Of a DNA stretch of 64,000 nucleotides, positions 29,293-38,266 are shown piece after piece (position 1 is the first letter of the stretch; every line of letters starts with the position of its first letter). A model generated the notes under the pieces. It was given only the letters and a program-made list of their open reading frames with translations. It made no database searches and was not told where the DNA came from. Made by a program: the position numbers and the translations under genes. This DNA comes from Candidatus Omnitrophota bacterium (GTDB lineage Bacteria > Omnitrophota > Gorgyraeia > Duberdicusellales > 4484-171): the NCBI GenBank assembly GCA_037146775.1, contig JBAWWL010000004.1:86471-150470 (forward strand). The letters run 5' to 3'.

Positions 29293-29364
29293 AGGCGTGG
29301 GCCGGATTTGAACCGGCGAATAGCGGTTTTGCAGACCGCTGCCTTGCCACTTGGCTACCACGCC
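29293..29364 (-). tRNA. tRNA-Cys(GCA)
   Basis: GGCGTGG...CCACGCC-T, anticodon arm GCGGT-CTGCAAA-ACCGC, GGTTCAAATCC. Confidence 0.95.
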
Positions 29365-29618
29365 ATTATACTCTAAGTTTCTTTATTTTTAAAGAACCGA
29401 GAAGCGGCATAAATTTTACACATGCCTGTAAAGGCGTTTATTATAGCATCTTTTAAAACCTTTTCAAACGCATTTCTTACCTGGGTTCCAGGGAAAATTT
29501 TCCGCCCCGAAAACATTCCTTATTCCTTGTCTTTCGGTCGGAGAACTGGAAAAATCATGAACTCAAAAAATTTTAAGATGGTGGTAATTACTGGTTGGGT
29601 GGGGTGGGTTGGTCCGGT

Positions 29619-29807
29619 TTAAAAAAAGTTTTTTTGTATTCTTTCAAACCTGATGCTTTTCCCGGACGTAGTTACTCTATATTCCGTTCCGCAAGAACAT
29701 ACATACACTGGCCCTTTGTGATACCGTTGTTGTGCGGTAGATTTTATTTCCGCCGTAAAACTTTTACCGCACACCTCGCATCTTTGGGTATTTTCTTCTT
29801 TCTGCAT
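29619..29807 (-). CDS. Small putative zinc-ribbon protein
   Basis: CEVC and CSC motifs 24 residues apart; upstream TGGTATAAT; co-oriented with neighbours. Confidence 0.5.
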   Translation of the reverse strand: MQKEENTQRCEVCGKSFTAEIKSTAQQRYHKGPVYVCSCGTEYRVTTSGKSIRFERIQKNFF

Positions 29808-30068
29808 CGCAAAACTTATTATTTTTTCCCGATATGGTTTTCGAGTTTTTGACTATACAATATCCCTATTATACCATACTCTTCTTGCTATACGTTGTTT
29901 TCTTGAAAAAGGTATAGATTTTTCTGAAGTATTGAAATGAACCAAAAACCTTCACGAGATTGCCTTGTCGCTGGACGATCTATTGACACATACCACACAC
30001 GGACGGTTCTGGCTAACAATTCTGAACACGTTTAATACCCGCTTATCCTACCTTAACAAAGAAAAGAG

Positions 30069-30272
30069 TTATTTTGCGACGAGTGGCCTTATTCTGCCTT
30101 CGGCAATCTCTCTTAAAGCGTTATCTAATACTTTTTCGCCGGGTTTCTCTATCATTGGCTTATCCCCGTCTGCCAGCTGCAAAGCCCGTTTTGCCACCAA
30201 AAGAGTGAGTTTATAAATAGACCCGTCCGTTACTTTGATGAGTTTTTCCAGAGGGATGTATGTCTCGTTCAT
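30069..30272 (-). CDS. rpoZ: RNA polymerase omega subunit
   Basis: SIYKLTLLVAKRALQL, ALREIAEG; follows gmk. Confidence 0.92.
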   Translation of the reverse strand: MNETYIPLEKLIKVTDGSIYKLTLLVAKRALQLADGDKPMIEKPGEKVLDNALREIAEGRIRPLVAK

Positions 30273-30322
30273 AGGGAAACCTCCTTTAATTTATGTTTCA
30301 GTTGGCACTAACGGCACGTATA

Positions 30323-30901
30323 CTATGATTGTTTCTCGGCCAAAAGAATATTTTCCAATTTCCTCAAGGAAGCATGAATATCCTTGTTAATAATGAGTGC
30401 GTCGTAATACTTGGCGAACTGTAGCTCTTTTTTCGCCAATTCTATGCGTTTGGCTATTGTTTCTTTTTTTTCAACTCTTTTTTCCAGGCGCTGGCACAAA
30501 TCCCCTTCTGTTGGTGCAGAAATAAAAAGAGTGATTATCTTACCAAGGTTTCTCTGCTTTTTCAAATACATTCCTCCTTTTACATCTATGCACAAAATCA
30601 AATCTTTTTTTCCTTTGGCTGCGTCCGTATAAAAATATCTTGGTGTACCATAATAATTATTTAGCACGCGCTGACTTTCCAGAAAAAATTTTTTGCTTTT
30701 TAGTTTTAAGAACACTGGTTTACTCACAAAAAAATAGTCTTTCCCCTGCTGCTCTTGCGGCCTTTTTGGCCGTGTAGTTACTGATATGCCTCTTACGAAA
30801 TATTTCTGAATCTGCTCCTTACCAAACAATTCATTCACCAGCGTTGTTTTCCCCGCCCCCGAGGGGCCTGAAAGAATGAATATTGTGGGCTTGCGCGTCA
30901 T
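30323..30901 (-). CDS. gmk: Guanylate kinase
   Basis: SGPSGAGKTT, SVTTRPKRP, DYFFVS, YYGTP. Confidence 0.95.
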   Translation of the reverse strand: MTRKPTIFILSGPSGAGKTTLVNELFGKEQIQKYFVRGISVTTRPKRPQEQQGKDYFFVSKPVFLKLKSKKFFLESQRVLNNYYGTPRYFYTDAAKGKKDLILCIDVKGGMYLKKQRNLGKIITLFISAPTEGDLCQRLEKRVEKKETIAKRIELAKKELQFAKYYDALIINKDIHASLRKLENILLAEKQS

Positions 30902-30938
30902 ACTATACCTTCCTCCTGTGCCGACAACCGTATCGTTT

Positions 30939-31718
30939 TCACTCTACGTTCTGCGCCTGTTCACGTATTCTATCCAAATAGTTTTTTGACTCAACCAACA
31001 GAGGCGCAATCGTTCTGTCTTTGGTTTTGCTTGATGCGGAGTTTAACTCTCTAAGAATCTCCTGTGTTAAAAAGTCTATCGATTTTCCTTGAGAGATAAG
31101 TCTTTGAAAATTTATCTTTTTTTCCAGATCGGCTACATAAAAAGACGCCAACGAAACTTCCTCGTTAATATCTTCTTTTCCGCTTTCAGACCGAATCGTC
31201 ATGGGGTTACGGCTTTTAATAAGTTCTATGTTTTTCTTGAGATGCTTCAGGTTTTTGGTCATGTCTTTCTTAATGGCTCCTCCCTGCTTTTCTTTGAAAC
31301 GCAGAAGTTTCTCGATGGCAGCCCGCGCAGCGGAAAGAATGAATTGTTCTTCTGTTTTCTTTTCGCTCCAGGAAATTACCTGCGGCAGATTAAATAAATC
31401 GCTTATATCAAAACGGGGTTCCAGATGATACTTCTTGGCTATTTTCTTGGTTTCAATAATATACCGCGCAAGGTTTTTTTCGTCAATGTACACGTCATTC
31501 TCAATGTGTCCTTTCACCGACACATACACTTCAATCTTCCCGCGAGCAATTCTTTTCTTTATGTCCCGCTTAATCCTCTCTTCCAAAATAATATTCTGCG
31601 CGGGGAGATCATGAATAGAGATATCCAAATATTTAAAGTTTGAGGAGCGCAAGGTCACTTGGATAGTTTGTGAATTTTTTCTCTTATGCACACTTGCGTA
31701 CGCAGTCATTGACTTCAT
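30939..31718 (-). CDS. yicC: YicC/YloC-family endoribonuclease
   Basis: MKSMTAY, DFLTQEILRELN, IREQAQNVE; yicC-gmk-rpoZ synteny. Confidence 0.9.
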   Translation of the reverse strand: MKSMTAYASVHKRKNSQTIQVTLRSSNFKYLDISIHDLPAQNIILEERIKRDIKKRIARGKIEVYVSVKGHIENDVYIDEKNLARYIIETKKIAKKYHLEPRFDISDLFNLPQVISWSEKKTEEQFILSAARAAIEKLLRFKEKQGGAIKKDMTKNLKHLKKNIELIKSRNPMTIRSESGKEDINEEVSLASFYVADLEKKINFQRLISQGKSIDFLTQEILRELNSASSKTKDRTIAPLLVESKNYLDRIREQAQNVE

Positions 31719-31781
31719 AACGGGTATCTCCTTTTTATCATTACCTTTTAGTATACGAGCGCGCTGGATAGAAACAAGCGG

Positions 31782-32288
31782 CTATTTCCAGCATTTCTTG
31801 GGAGCATCTTTGCATGTTGTTTCTTCTGTAGCGTAAAGATCGTATGCTATCTCGTTCGGCTGAAACCACAATTTTATTTCGCGTTCCGCCTCTTCCGGGC
31901 TGCTGGACGCATGTATCACATTCTCGTAAAGACCGTTGGTCAAAATCCTTCCGTATGCGCCGCGCACGCTCACCGGATCGGCCTCTTCGGGATTGGTGGC
32001 GCCTGCAATCTGCCTTACTTTTTTGATCGCGTCTTTGCCCCAGTAAATTAATGCCATTACTCTGTTTTCGCCGTGCTTCTGCCCGGTTATATATTTAATG
32101 AGCTCCGGATAAAACGGTTTTTCTTTCAGATGATGATAATGCTTACGGGCAAGCTCCTCGCTTACCTCCGTTACTTTCGCGCCGATTATTTTTAATTTGG
32201 TTTCGGAAAGACGGCTTAAAATATTACCGGTCAGTGATTTTTTCAAGCCATCCGGCTTAATGATGACTAACGTTGCTTCGTTTGTCAT
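31782..32288 (-). CDS. ndk: Nucleoside diphosphate kinase
   Basis: TLVIIKPDG, GATNP, NVIHASSS. Confidence 0.95.
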   Translation of the reverse strand: MTNEATLVIIKPDGLKKSLTGNILSRLSETKLKIIGAKVTEVSEELARKHYHHLKEKPFYPELIKYITGQKHGENRVMALIYWGKDAIKKVRQIAGATNPEEADPVSVRGAYGRILTNGLYENVIHASSSPEEAEREIKLWFQPNEIAYDLYATEETTCKDAPKKCWK

Positions 32289-32341
32289 TCTACGAATCCT
32301 CCTTTCGCGATATCATTTATACTGTCTGAAGCGGCGGCTCG

Positions 32342-33169
32342 CTAACCTAACCGCTTTGTGATCCTTTCCAGATCTTCCAAACTATAATATTCGATGGCGA
32401 TTTTTCCGCGGTTATTTCGCTTATGAAAAACTCGCACCTTTGTCCCCAAAGATTTTTGCAATGTATCCTCTACTTCCAGCACAAACGGGTCAACGCTTTT
32501 CCGCTTCTTGGAAGCCCTTTGTACCCGTGTCTCTATTTCTCGTACCGAAAGTCCCTCGCTAAGAATGTCCCTGAATAATTTTCTCTGCGCCTCTTCGGTC
32601 TCCATGCCCAGGATTGTCCGGGCTTGACTGCGCGTTATAATCCTCTTACGCACCGCTTCCTTGATTTCCGGCAGCAACCTTTGTAAGCGAAGCGTATTAG
32701 CAATAGTAGTTTTATCCTTGCCGACTACCTGCGCAACATCTTCAAGCGTAAATTCAAACTGTTCGATAAGTTGCTGAAATGATTCTGCTTCGTCGATCGG
32801 GTTTAAATCCTGGCGTTGCAGATTTTCTACGATCGCATAAATCAGTGCGTTTTTGTCATCGAGCTCTTTAATAATTGTTGGTATCTCATTGAGCCCCAAT
32901 GACTTAGCAGCGTGATATCTCCTGCCACCGGCCACTATTTCGTAACTCTCCTCCCCTGTTTTCCTCACGATAATCGGTTGGATTATACCTTTCTCTTTTA
33001 TCGAACGAGCTAATTCCTCCAATTCTTTCGTGTTCATCTCTTTCCGAGGTTGATACCGGCCGGGACTAATTTTATACATGGGTAAGTGAACGTAATCTTT
33101 TGCTGTCTCGAGCATATTTTTTTTCGGGATAAGGGCGTCGAGTCCTTTTCCTAAAACTTTTTTTTCCAT
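32342..33169 (-). CDS. parB: Chromosome partitioning protein ParB
   Basis: LGKGLDALI, YQPRK, GIIQPIIVR, AGGRRYHA, ENLQRQDLNPIDEA, HTH. Confidence 0.97.
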   Translation of the reverse strand: MEKKVLGKGLDALIPKKNMLETAKDYVHLPMYKISPGRYQPRKEMNTKELEELARSIKEKGIIQPIIVRKTGEESYEIVAGGRRYHAAKSLGLNEIPTIIKELDDKNALIYAIVENLQRQDLNPIDEAESFQQLIEQFEFTLEDVAQVVGKDKTTIANTLRLQRLLPEIKEAVRKRIITRSQARTILGMETEEAQRKLFRDILSEGLSVREIETRVQRASKKRKSVDPFVLEVEDTLQKSLGTKVRVFHKRNNRGKIAIEYYSLEDLERITKRLG

Positions 33170-33963
33170 TACTGGCTTACCTCCTTAACCGCGACTTCAA
33201 TCGCTATTTTTTCTTTTAAAATTTCTTCGGTTAAATTTAGATAGGCTTTTGCCCCCACGCATATCGGATCATAAAAATGTATGGGCTTACCAAAACTGGG
33301 TGCTTCGGCAAGTCTGATGTTGCGCGGGATAATGGTATTAAATGTTTTTTCTTTAAAAAAATTCCTTACCTCTTCGATGACCTGTAACGTAAGCCGTGTC
33401 CTAAAATCCGCCATAGTCAACAAAACGCCCCTGATCTCCAAGCCAGGATTTAACCGTTCTCGAACAAGATCGGTGGTATGTAATAGTTTTGAAACTCCTT
33501 CCAAAGCATAATATTCACATTGTATGGGCACAATAACCCCATCAACAGCCACCAGCACATTAACGGTCAAAAGCCCCAGGGATGGCGGGGCGTCAATAAT
33601 AATATAGGCAAATTTGTCTTTTATTTTATAGAGCTCCTCTCTTAAGCGCATTTCTCTATTTTCGATAGCAACAAGCTCAATCTCTCCTCCGGTAAGCGCA
33701 ATACACGAAGGAAGAATGTATAGTCCGGACCATTGGGTAGGATAAATACTTTCTTCTATGGCCGCTGTTCCAGAAATAATATCATAGATTGATTGTTTGT
33801 TTTCGCTTGCAACCCCTAAGCCTGATGTAGCGTTACCTTGGGGATCCATATCAACAAGCAGTGTTTTTTGACCAGCAAGAGCTAAATATGATGCTAAATT
33901 GATGGCGCTGGTAGTTTTACCAGTACCGCCCTTTTGATTACAAATACCGATTATTTTTCCCAT
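33169..33963 (-). CDS. parA: Chromosome partitioning ATPase ParA/Soj
   Basis: NQKGGTGKTT, DMDPQGNAT, IDAPPSLG, EAPSFG. Confidence 0.97.
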   Translation of the reverse strand: MGKIIGICNQKGGTGKTTSAINLASYLALAGQKTLLVDMDPQGNATSGLGVASENKQSIYDIISGTAAIEESIYPTQWSGLYILPSCIALTGGEIELVAIENREMRLREELYKIKDKFAYIIIDAPPSLGLLTVNVLVAVDGVIVPIQCEYYALEGVSKLLHTTDLVRERLNPGLEIRGVLLTMADFRTRLTLQVIEEVRNFFKEKTFNTIIPRNIRLAEAPSFGKPIHFYDPICVGAKAYLNLTEEILKEKIAIEVAVKEVSQ

Positions 33964-33980
33964 TATGGTTTGACGGTACC

Positions 33981-33996
33981 GTTTCCACGTGGAAAC
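33981..33996. promoter_or_regulatory. parS site 1
   Basis: Perfect palindrome GTTTCCACGTGGAAAC (extends to 24 bp, 33977-34000). Confidence 0.9.
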
Positions 33997-34079
33997 GGTA
34001 TACTTAGTTATTAAAAATAGCTTTTAATATATAAATAAGTATATTGCGATATTCTTGTATTTTTTCTAAATATAATATC

Positions 34080-34109
34080 ATTGTAATCGCACATACCCCC
34101 CTTTGTCAA
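34080..34109 (-). promoter_or_regulatory. Putative parAB promoter
   Basis: TTGACA-18 bp-TACAAT on the minus strand. Confidence 0.55.
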
Positions 34110-34150
34110 GAAAATTTTGTATTAGATGCCTAAAAAATTGCGTTTTGAGC

Positions 34151-34166
34151 GTTTCCACGTGGAAAC
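34151..34166. promoter_or_regulatory. parS site 2
   Basis: GTTTCCACGTGGAAAC. Confidence 0.9.
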
Positions 34167-34632
34167 TTTACCTACCTAAAACAAAAATCCAGACTATTTT
34201 GTACGATAACGTAATTACTGCTGCTGTCAACCTTTGAAATAATAGTACTGTTTCTCAATCAATTGTTTTGGTTGTTCGTTTAATATAATAACTATGCAAA
34301 AATAGAATAATACCGTTTGCAAATTATTTTTATGCTTTTCAATAGCAAGATATTGCCATATGTTATTGTTTTAACACTCGCGGAGTACGGTAGTAAGTAT
34401 TGATTGTCATATTCTAGGGCCTTTTTGACGCAACAAGCAGAATAAGTATGCTACCATAGATTCTTAAGAAACATTCGAAGACAGCTCAATAGCAATTATA
34501 TAGTATGTTCTTAAATTGTCACCATGCTGAAAATTTTATCCTTATTAACCAATCTGCAGGTATCATAAAGGCATGAAGCACATTTATGCTTGATTACCAA
34601 AGGTGGTTATTGAAAAAAGACCTTTTTGTACC

Positions 34633-34648
34633 GTTTCCACGTGGAAAC
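34633..34648. promoter_or_regulatory. parS site 3
   Basis: GTTTCCACGTGGAAAC. Confidence 0.9.
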
Positions 34649-34765
34649 GTCTAACTTGTAGATAATCCGGGATGTGTGGCTATGCGAATTGCTGTAGGTT
34701 AATAAGTCGCCTTGAGGTTTACTCTGTGCGGAAAATTCTGATATTAGAAAAAACTGTTGTTTTTA

Positions 34766-36202
34766 CTATGTTTTACACGTTTTCACGTGGAAACCTGTTT
34801 TGGCTACACGCATTTGGTAGGAAAGGGTGAGGATGTTTTGAACAAACCAATATATAGTAAGACAGGAGGGGAAAGTATAAAAAACTACTCCCATAACTAT
34901 AGACATGACCAATCCGATATTTTTTTGATCCGACGAAAGAGAAGAGGACGAACTAATTTTTTGTTGCACTATTCCTACAATTACGATTAAGATGGGTAAG
35001 ATGTTGATATAATCTACTGGCTGCGGGAAGGGGAGTTTAAATGCGTGATCCGGCAATGATAAATCTTTAATCCAAAGAAATGGCTGGCCTTTCAACTCTA
35101 CAAATTTTAGCAGTACTTGCCAAAGCGCGATAAACACCGGGAATTGTAGCAACATAGGTATACAGGACCCTGCGGGATTGACTTTGTTTTTTTTATACAA
35201 TTCAAGTGTTTCTTTATTAACTTTTTGCGGGTTATCCGGATACTTTTTTCTCAATTCTTCGATTTCCGGCTGAAGTTCTTGCATTTTTTTCATTGCCTTG
35301 GTGCTCATCATAGTGAAGGGGAACAAACAGCAATAAGTGAATAGAGAGAGAAGAATGATACTAATACCCCAGCTTTTCGTAAAAGAGAAAAAGAATTCTA
35401 ATAAACCTACCAAAATCAAGCCAATACCATGAAAAAACCCGTAATTAATAATGCTGTGCAAACCGAGTTTTTTGAGTTCTTTTTCTGAAAGCGGCCCTAT
35501 ATATAGAGATATTTCTTCTGGGACTGAAACCAATTCCAAAGAAAGCGTGTTTTTGGTTGGCAAAATATTCGCCATATACGAGCCCTTCAGCAGAGAAAGG
35601 CAGAAATGTTTTGCGCTTATCCCCACGAAAGCTACATTACTTACTATGGTGTTCTTGGCTTGCTTGAGAGATACTTTTTTGATGGTTTCGTTTTGTGTAT
35701 AGAAAACCTCTAAAAATTGTTGTTCTAAGTTTTTGTCGCTCAAGCTGTTAGAAAATATATTTATCCGCTGAGGAAGGGGAGAGGAGAGTTTTATTTTAAC
35801 TAAAAAGTCGCTAAAAATAAACTCTTTACGATTGCCTTGCGCTGAAATAAAGACAATTCTATCGTCTTGTACTTGACTTTTAAATTCTTTATCTTTATCT
35901 TGAGAGATAAAGCCGATGTTTCTAAAAGGGAGCTCTTCGTTGTATGATTTGATGGAAAGTTTTTTAATGTAACCTCCTCGCGGAGAATATGTTACAATAA
36001 ATTTACCGATGCTGGCTTGGGGGAGTTCACTATTGTCGTCTACCTCTGTTGCTGTTTCGACGGTTGGGGTTTCTACCGCAGCCGGCGCTGTTATTTGGGT
36101 GGCTGGCGGCAAAGTACGGGGGGCATATTTGGAAAGAAAATAGTTATAGCCGATAAAAAATAACAAAGTAAGAAAAATAGCCGGAAATAATCTTTTTTCC
36201 AT
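34766..36202 (-). CDS. yidC: Membrane protein insertase YidC
   Basis: WGISII, MKKMQELQPEI, NPAGSCIPMLLQFPVF, FLWIKDLSLPD. Confidence 0.95.
   Translation of the reverse strand: MEKRLFPAIFLTLLFFIGYNYFLSKYAPRTLPPATQITAPAAVETPTVETATEVDDNSELPQASIGKFIVTYSPRGGYIKKLSIKSYNEELPFRNIGFISQDKDKEFKSQVQDDRIVFISAQGNRKEFIFSDFLVKIKLSSPLPQRINIFSNSLSDKNLEQQFLEVFYTQNETIKKVSLKQAKNTIVSNVAFVGISAKHFCLSLLKGSYMANILPTKNTLSLELVSVPEEISLYIGPLSEKELKKLGLHSIINYGFFHGIGLILVGLLEFFFSFTKSWGISIILLSLFTYCCLFPFTMMSTKAMKKMQELQPEIEELRKKYPDNPQKVNKETLELYKKNKVNPAGSCIPMLLQFPVFIALWQVLLKFVELKGQPFLWIKDLSLPDHAFKLPFPQPVDYINILPILIVIVGIVQQKISSSSSLSSDQKNIGLVMSIVMGVVFYTFPSCLTIYWFVQNILTLSYQMRVAKTGFHVKTCKT
34779..34794. promoter_or_regulatory. parS site 4 (inside the yidC 3' end)
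   Basis: GTTTTCACGTGGAAAC, one mismatch. Confidence 0.8.
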
Positions 36203-36411
36203 TATCGTACCGGATCAAAACCACCCTTAGTAAAGGGGTGACAATGTAAAAGCCGTACTGAAGACAACCTTAGTGCTTTCATAAAAGAATAGCGAGTAAA
36301 TGCTTCTTGCGCATACGCGGAGCAGCTAGGCGTGTACCGGCACCGCGATGGGGGGAGCAAAAAAGAGATCTTTTTGTAAAGGCGGATTAAGCTGAGGGCT
36401 GTTTTCCTCAT
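36202..36411 (-). CDS. yidD: Membrane protein insertion efficiency factor YidD
   Basis: [25 protein letters not shown]. Confidence 0.95.
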   Translation of the reverse strand: MRKTALSLIRLYKKISFLLPPSRCRYTPSCSAYAQEAFTRYSFMKALRLSSVRLLHCHPFTKGGFDPVR

Positions 36412-36545
36412 ACAGTAAGCTTTGCTCTTCCTTTTCTCCGGCGGCGTTGCAAAACTTTTCTTCCGCTATGAGTGGCCATTCGCGCTCGAAATCCGTGTCT
36501 TTTTTTCCCTTTTAGCGTGGTTGGGGTTTTAAAATTTTTCTTCAT
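36408..36545 (-). CDS. rpmH: 50S ribosomal protein L34 (not in ORF track)
   Basis: Manual translation [45 protein letters not shown]. Confidence 0.95.
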   Translation of the reverse strand: MKKNFKTPTTLKGKKRHGFRARMATHSGRKVLQRRRRKGRAKLTV

Positions 36546-36553
36546 AGGTAGCA

Positions 36554-36581
36554 ATTGTAACATATCTTGTTTTCGTGTCAA
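36554..36581 (-). promoter_or_regulatory. rpmH promoter (extended -10)
   Basis: TTGACA-16 bp-TACAAT with TG two bases upstream of the -10. Confidence 0.65.
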
Positions 36582-36747
36582 CTATAAAAATTGCGTTTTT
36601 TTGGGTGCGCCGAAAAGAATCGTTGCTCGCACACCGCTCAATGATCTTTTTTTTGTTTCAGGTAAACGTTCTCGCCCGGACCGCTACAACATGCTGCTGG
36701 TTTTTACCAAAAAACAACTTGGTGATTGGCGGGTAAACTAAAATAAT

Positions 36748-36827
36748 TTGCAAAGAAATTTTATTACGGTATAATTGGGGTTACTGTAAAAAGTCTTTTG
36801 TGAATAACTTGTGAATTTTGTGAATTA
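36748..36827 (+). promoter_or_regulatory. dnaA promoter and DnaA-box-like cluster
   Basis: TTGCAA-16 bp-TATAAT (36748-36775); TGTGAATAA 36799, TGTGAATTT 36810, TGTGAATTA 36819. Confidence 0.65.
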
Positions 36828-36837
36828 GCTGTTAACT

Positions 36838-38169
36838 ATGGAAAAGGTTTGGCAAGCTTGCCGAGAGCAACTCAAGGTCATTCTGGGGGAAACCTCGTTC
36901 GATACCTGGATAAACCCGCTCAAATATAAGAAAATTGAAGGGTTATCAATTACCCTGGAGGCGCCGGACGGGTTTTTTAAGAATTGGGTAGAAACGACTT
37001 ATTTACCGCAAATCAAAGACGCCCTTAAAACAATTGCCCAGAAGGAATTTGAAGTTTTTTTCGAGGTTAATCCCAATCTGCTGAAACGGGGAACCAATAA
37101 AATTTTCAAAACCATCGGCCAGAGCTTCCAGGAAGAACCGCAGGATTCGATACGCTTAAACGCGCGGTTTACTTTCGATAATTTCATCGTTGGTGCATCA
37201 AACAGGATGGCGCACGCGGCTTCGCTGGCAGTGACCAGCGCACCCGGGAAGGCTTACAACCCGCTTTTTATTTACGGGGGGGTGGGCTTAGGAAAAACTC
37301 ACCTTATGCAGGCGATCGCCAATCAGATCGTGGTAAATAATCCTCATGCTAAAATCAAATATACTTCTTCGGAAAAATTCACCAACGAGCTCATTCAATC
37401 TATCCAAAACAAAGCTACGGAAAAATTCCGGCAAAAATACAGAAACAGCGACATCCTGCTTATAGACGATATCCATTTTTTAGCGGGCAAAGAAGCCGCC
37501 CAGGAAGAATTCTTCAATACTTTCAATGCACTATACGATTACCACAAACAAATCGTTGTTTCGTCTGACCGGCCGCCGAAAGAAATTCCAAAATTGGAGG
37601 AGCGCTTGGTTTCTCGTTTCTGTTGGGGTTTGGTGGTGGATATCCAGTTGCCCGACTTCGAAACCAGGGTGGCAATTTTACGGAAAAAACTGGAAAAAGA
37701 CCCGATTAAAATCGACGAAGACGTGATCGCGTTTATCGCAAAAAACATCACCAGTAATATCCGGGAACTGGAGGGCGCCCTTATTAGAATTATCGCTTAC
37801 TCGCTCATCGAAAACAAGCCTATTACCCTGGAATTGGCTAAAGAGATCCTGAGAGACATGGTGAAAGAGATTTATAAACGGATCACGCCCGATGTGGTGT
37901 TAGAGCGAGTGGGGGGGTATTTTAATTTGACCAGAGACGATCTAAAAAAAGGTAAAAGAAGCAAAACCTTGGTGCTGCCGCGGCAAATAGTTATGTATCT
38001 GACCCGGGAGTTGACCGACCTCTCCCTTCCGGAGATCGGCGCGGCGCTGGGGGCCAAACATCACACTACCATACTATACGCACATAAAAAATTGAAAGAA
38101 AGTTTAAAGAAGGATGAAAAGCTAAAATTAATTATTGACAGCATTAAACAGGATATTAAGAGTTTATAG
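36838..38169 (+). CDS. dnaA: Chromosomal replication initiator DnaA
   Basis: YNPLFIYGGVGLGKTHL, LLIDDIHF, QEEFF, NIRELEGAL, domain IV LPEIG..HHTTI. Confidence 0.99.
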   Translation: MEKVWQACREQLKVILGETSFDTWINPLKYKKIEGLSITLEAPDGFFKNWVETTYLPQIKDALKTIAQKEFEVFFEVNPNLLKRGTNKIFKTIGQSFQEEPQDSIRLNARFTFDNFIVGASNRMAHAASLAVTSAPGKAYNPLFIYGGVGLGKTHLMQAIANQIVVNNPHAKIKYTSSEKFTNELIQSIQNKATEKFRQKYRNSDILLIDDIHFLAGKEAAQEEFFNTFNALYDYHKQIVVSSDRPPKEIPKLEERLVSRFCWGLVVDIQLPDFETRVAILRKKLEKDPIKIDEDVIAFIAKNITSNIRELEGALIRIIAYSLIENKPITLELAKEILRDMVKEIYKRITPDVVLERVGGYFNLTRDDLKKGKRSKTLVLPRQIVMYLTRELTDLSLPEIGAALGAKHHTTILYAHKKLKESLKKDEKLKLIIDSIKQDIKSL

Positions 38170-38266
38170 AAAATTTTTTGTGAATAAAATGCTGGTTTTT
38201 CTTTTTGTTTTTGGTACAATTATGTCTTTCAACAGTATCCACAGGCCCTACTAAGAGTACTACTAT
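38170..38266 (+). other. oriC core (DnaA boxes + GC run + DnaA-trios)
   Basis: TGTGAATAA 38179; CTTTCAACA-GTATCCACA 38226-38243, GGCCC, then TAC TAA GAG TAC TAC TAT; gene strand switch nearby. Confidence 0.8.

Noticed and set aside
33981-34794. Repeated 16-mer as CRISPR repeats or oriC iterons
   Set aside because: Irregular spacing, parS-like CACGTG core and position next to parAB; a better origin signature lies between dnaA and dnaN
38205-38264. N-terminal extension of DnaN in the ORF track (similar over-long starts for pyrR 50359, LOG 55787, dUTPase 59644, yjbQ 60131, methyltransferase 22655)
   Set aside because: The extensions overlap oriC, the attenuator, tRNA-Arg or upstream genes; downstream starts fit family N-termini and RBSs
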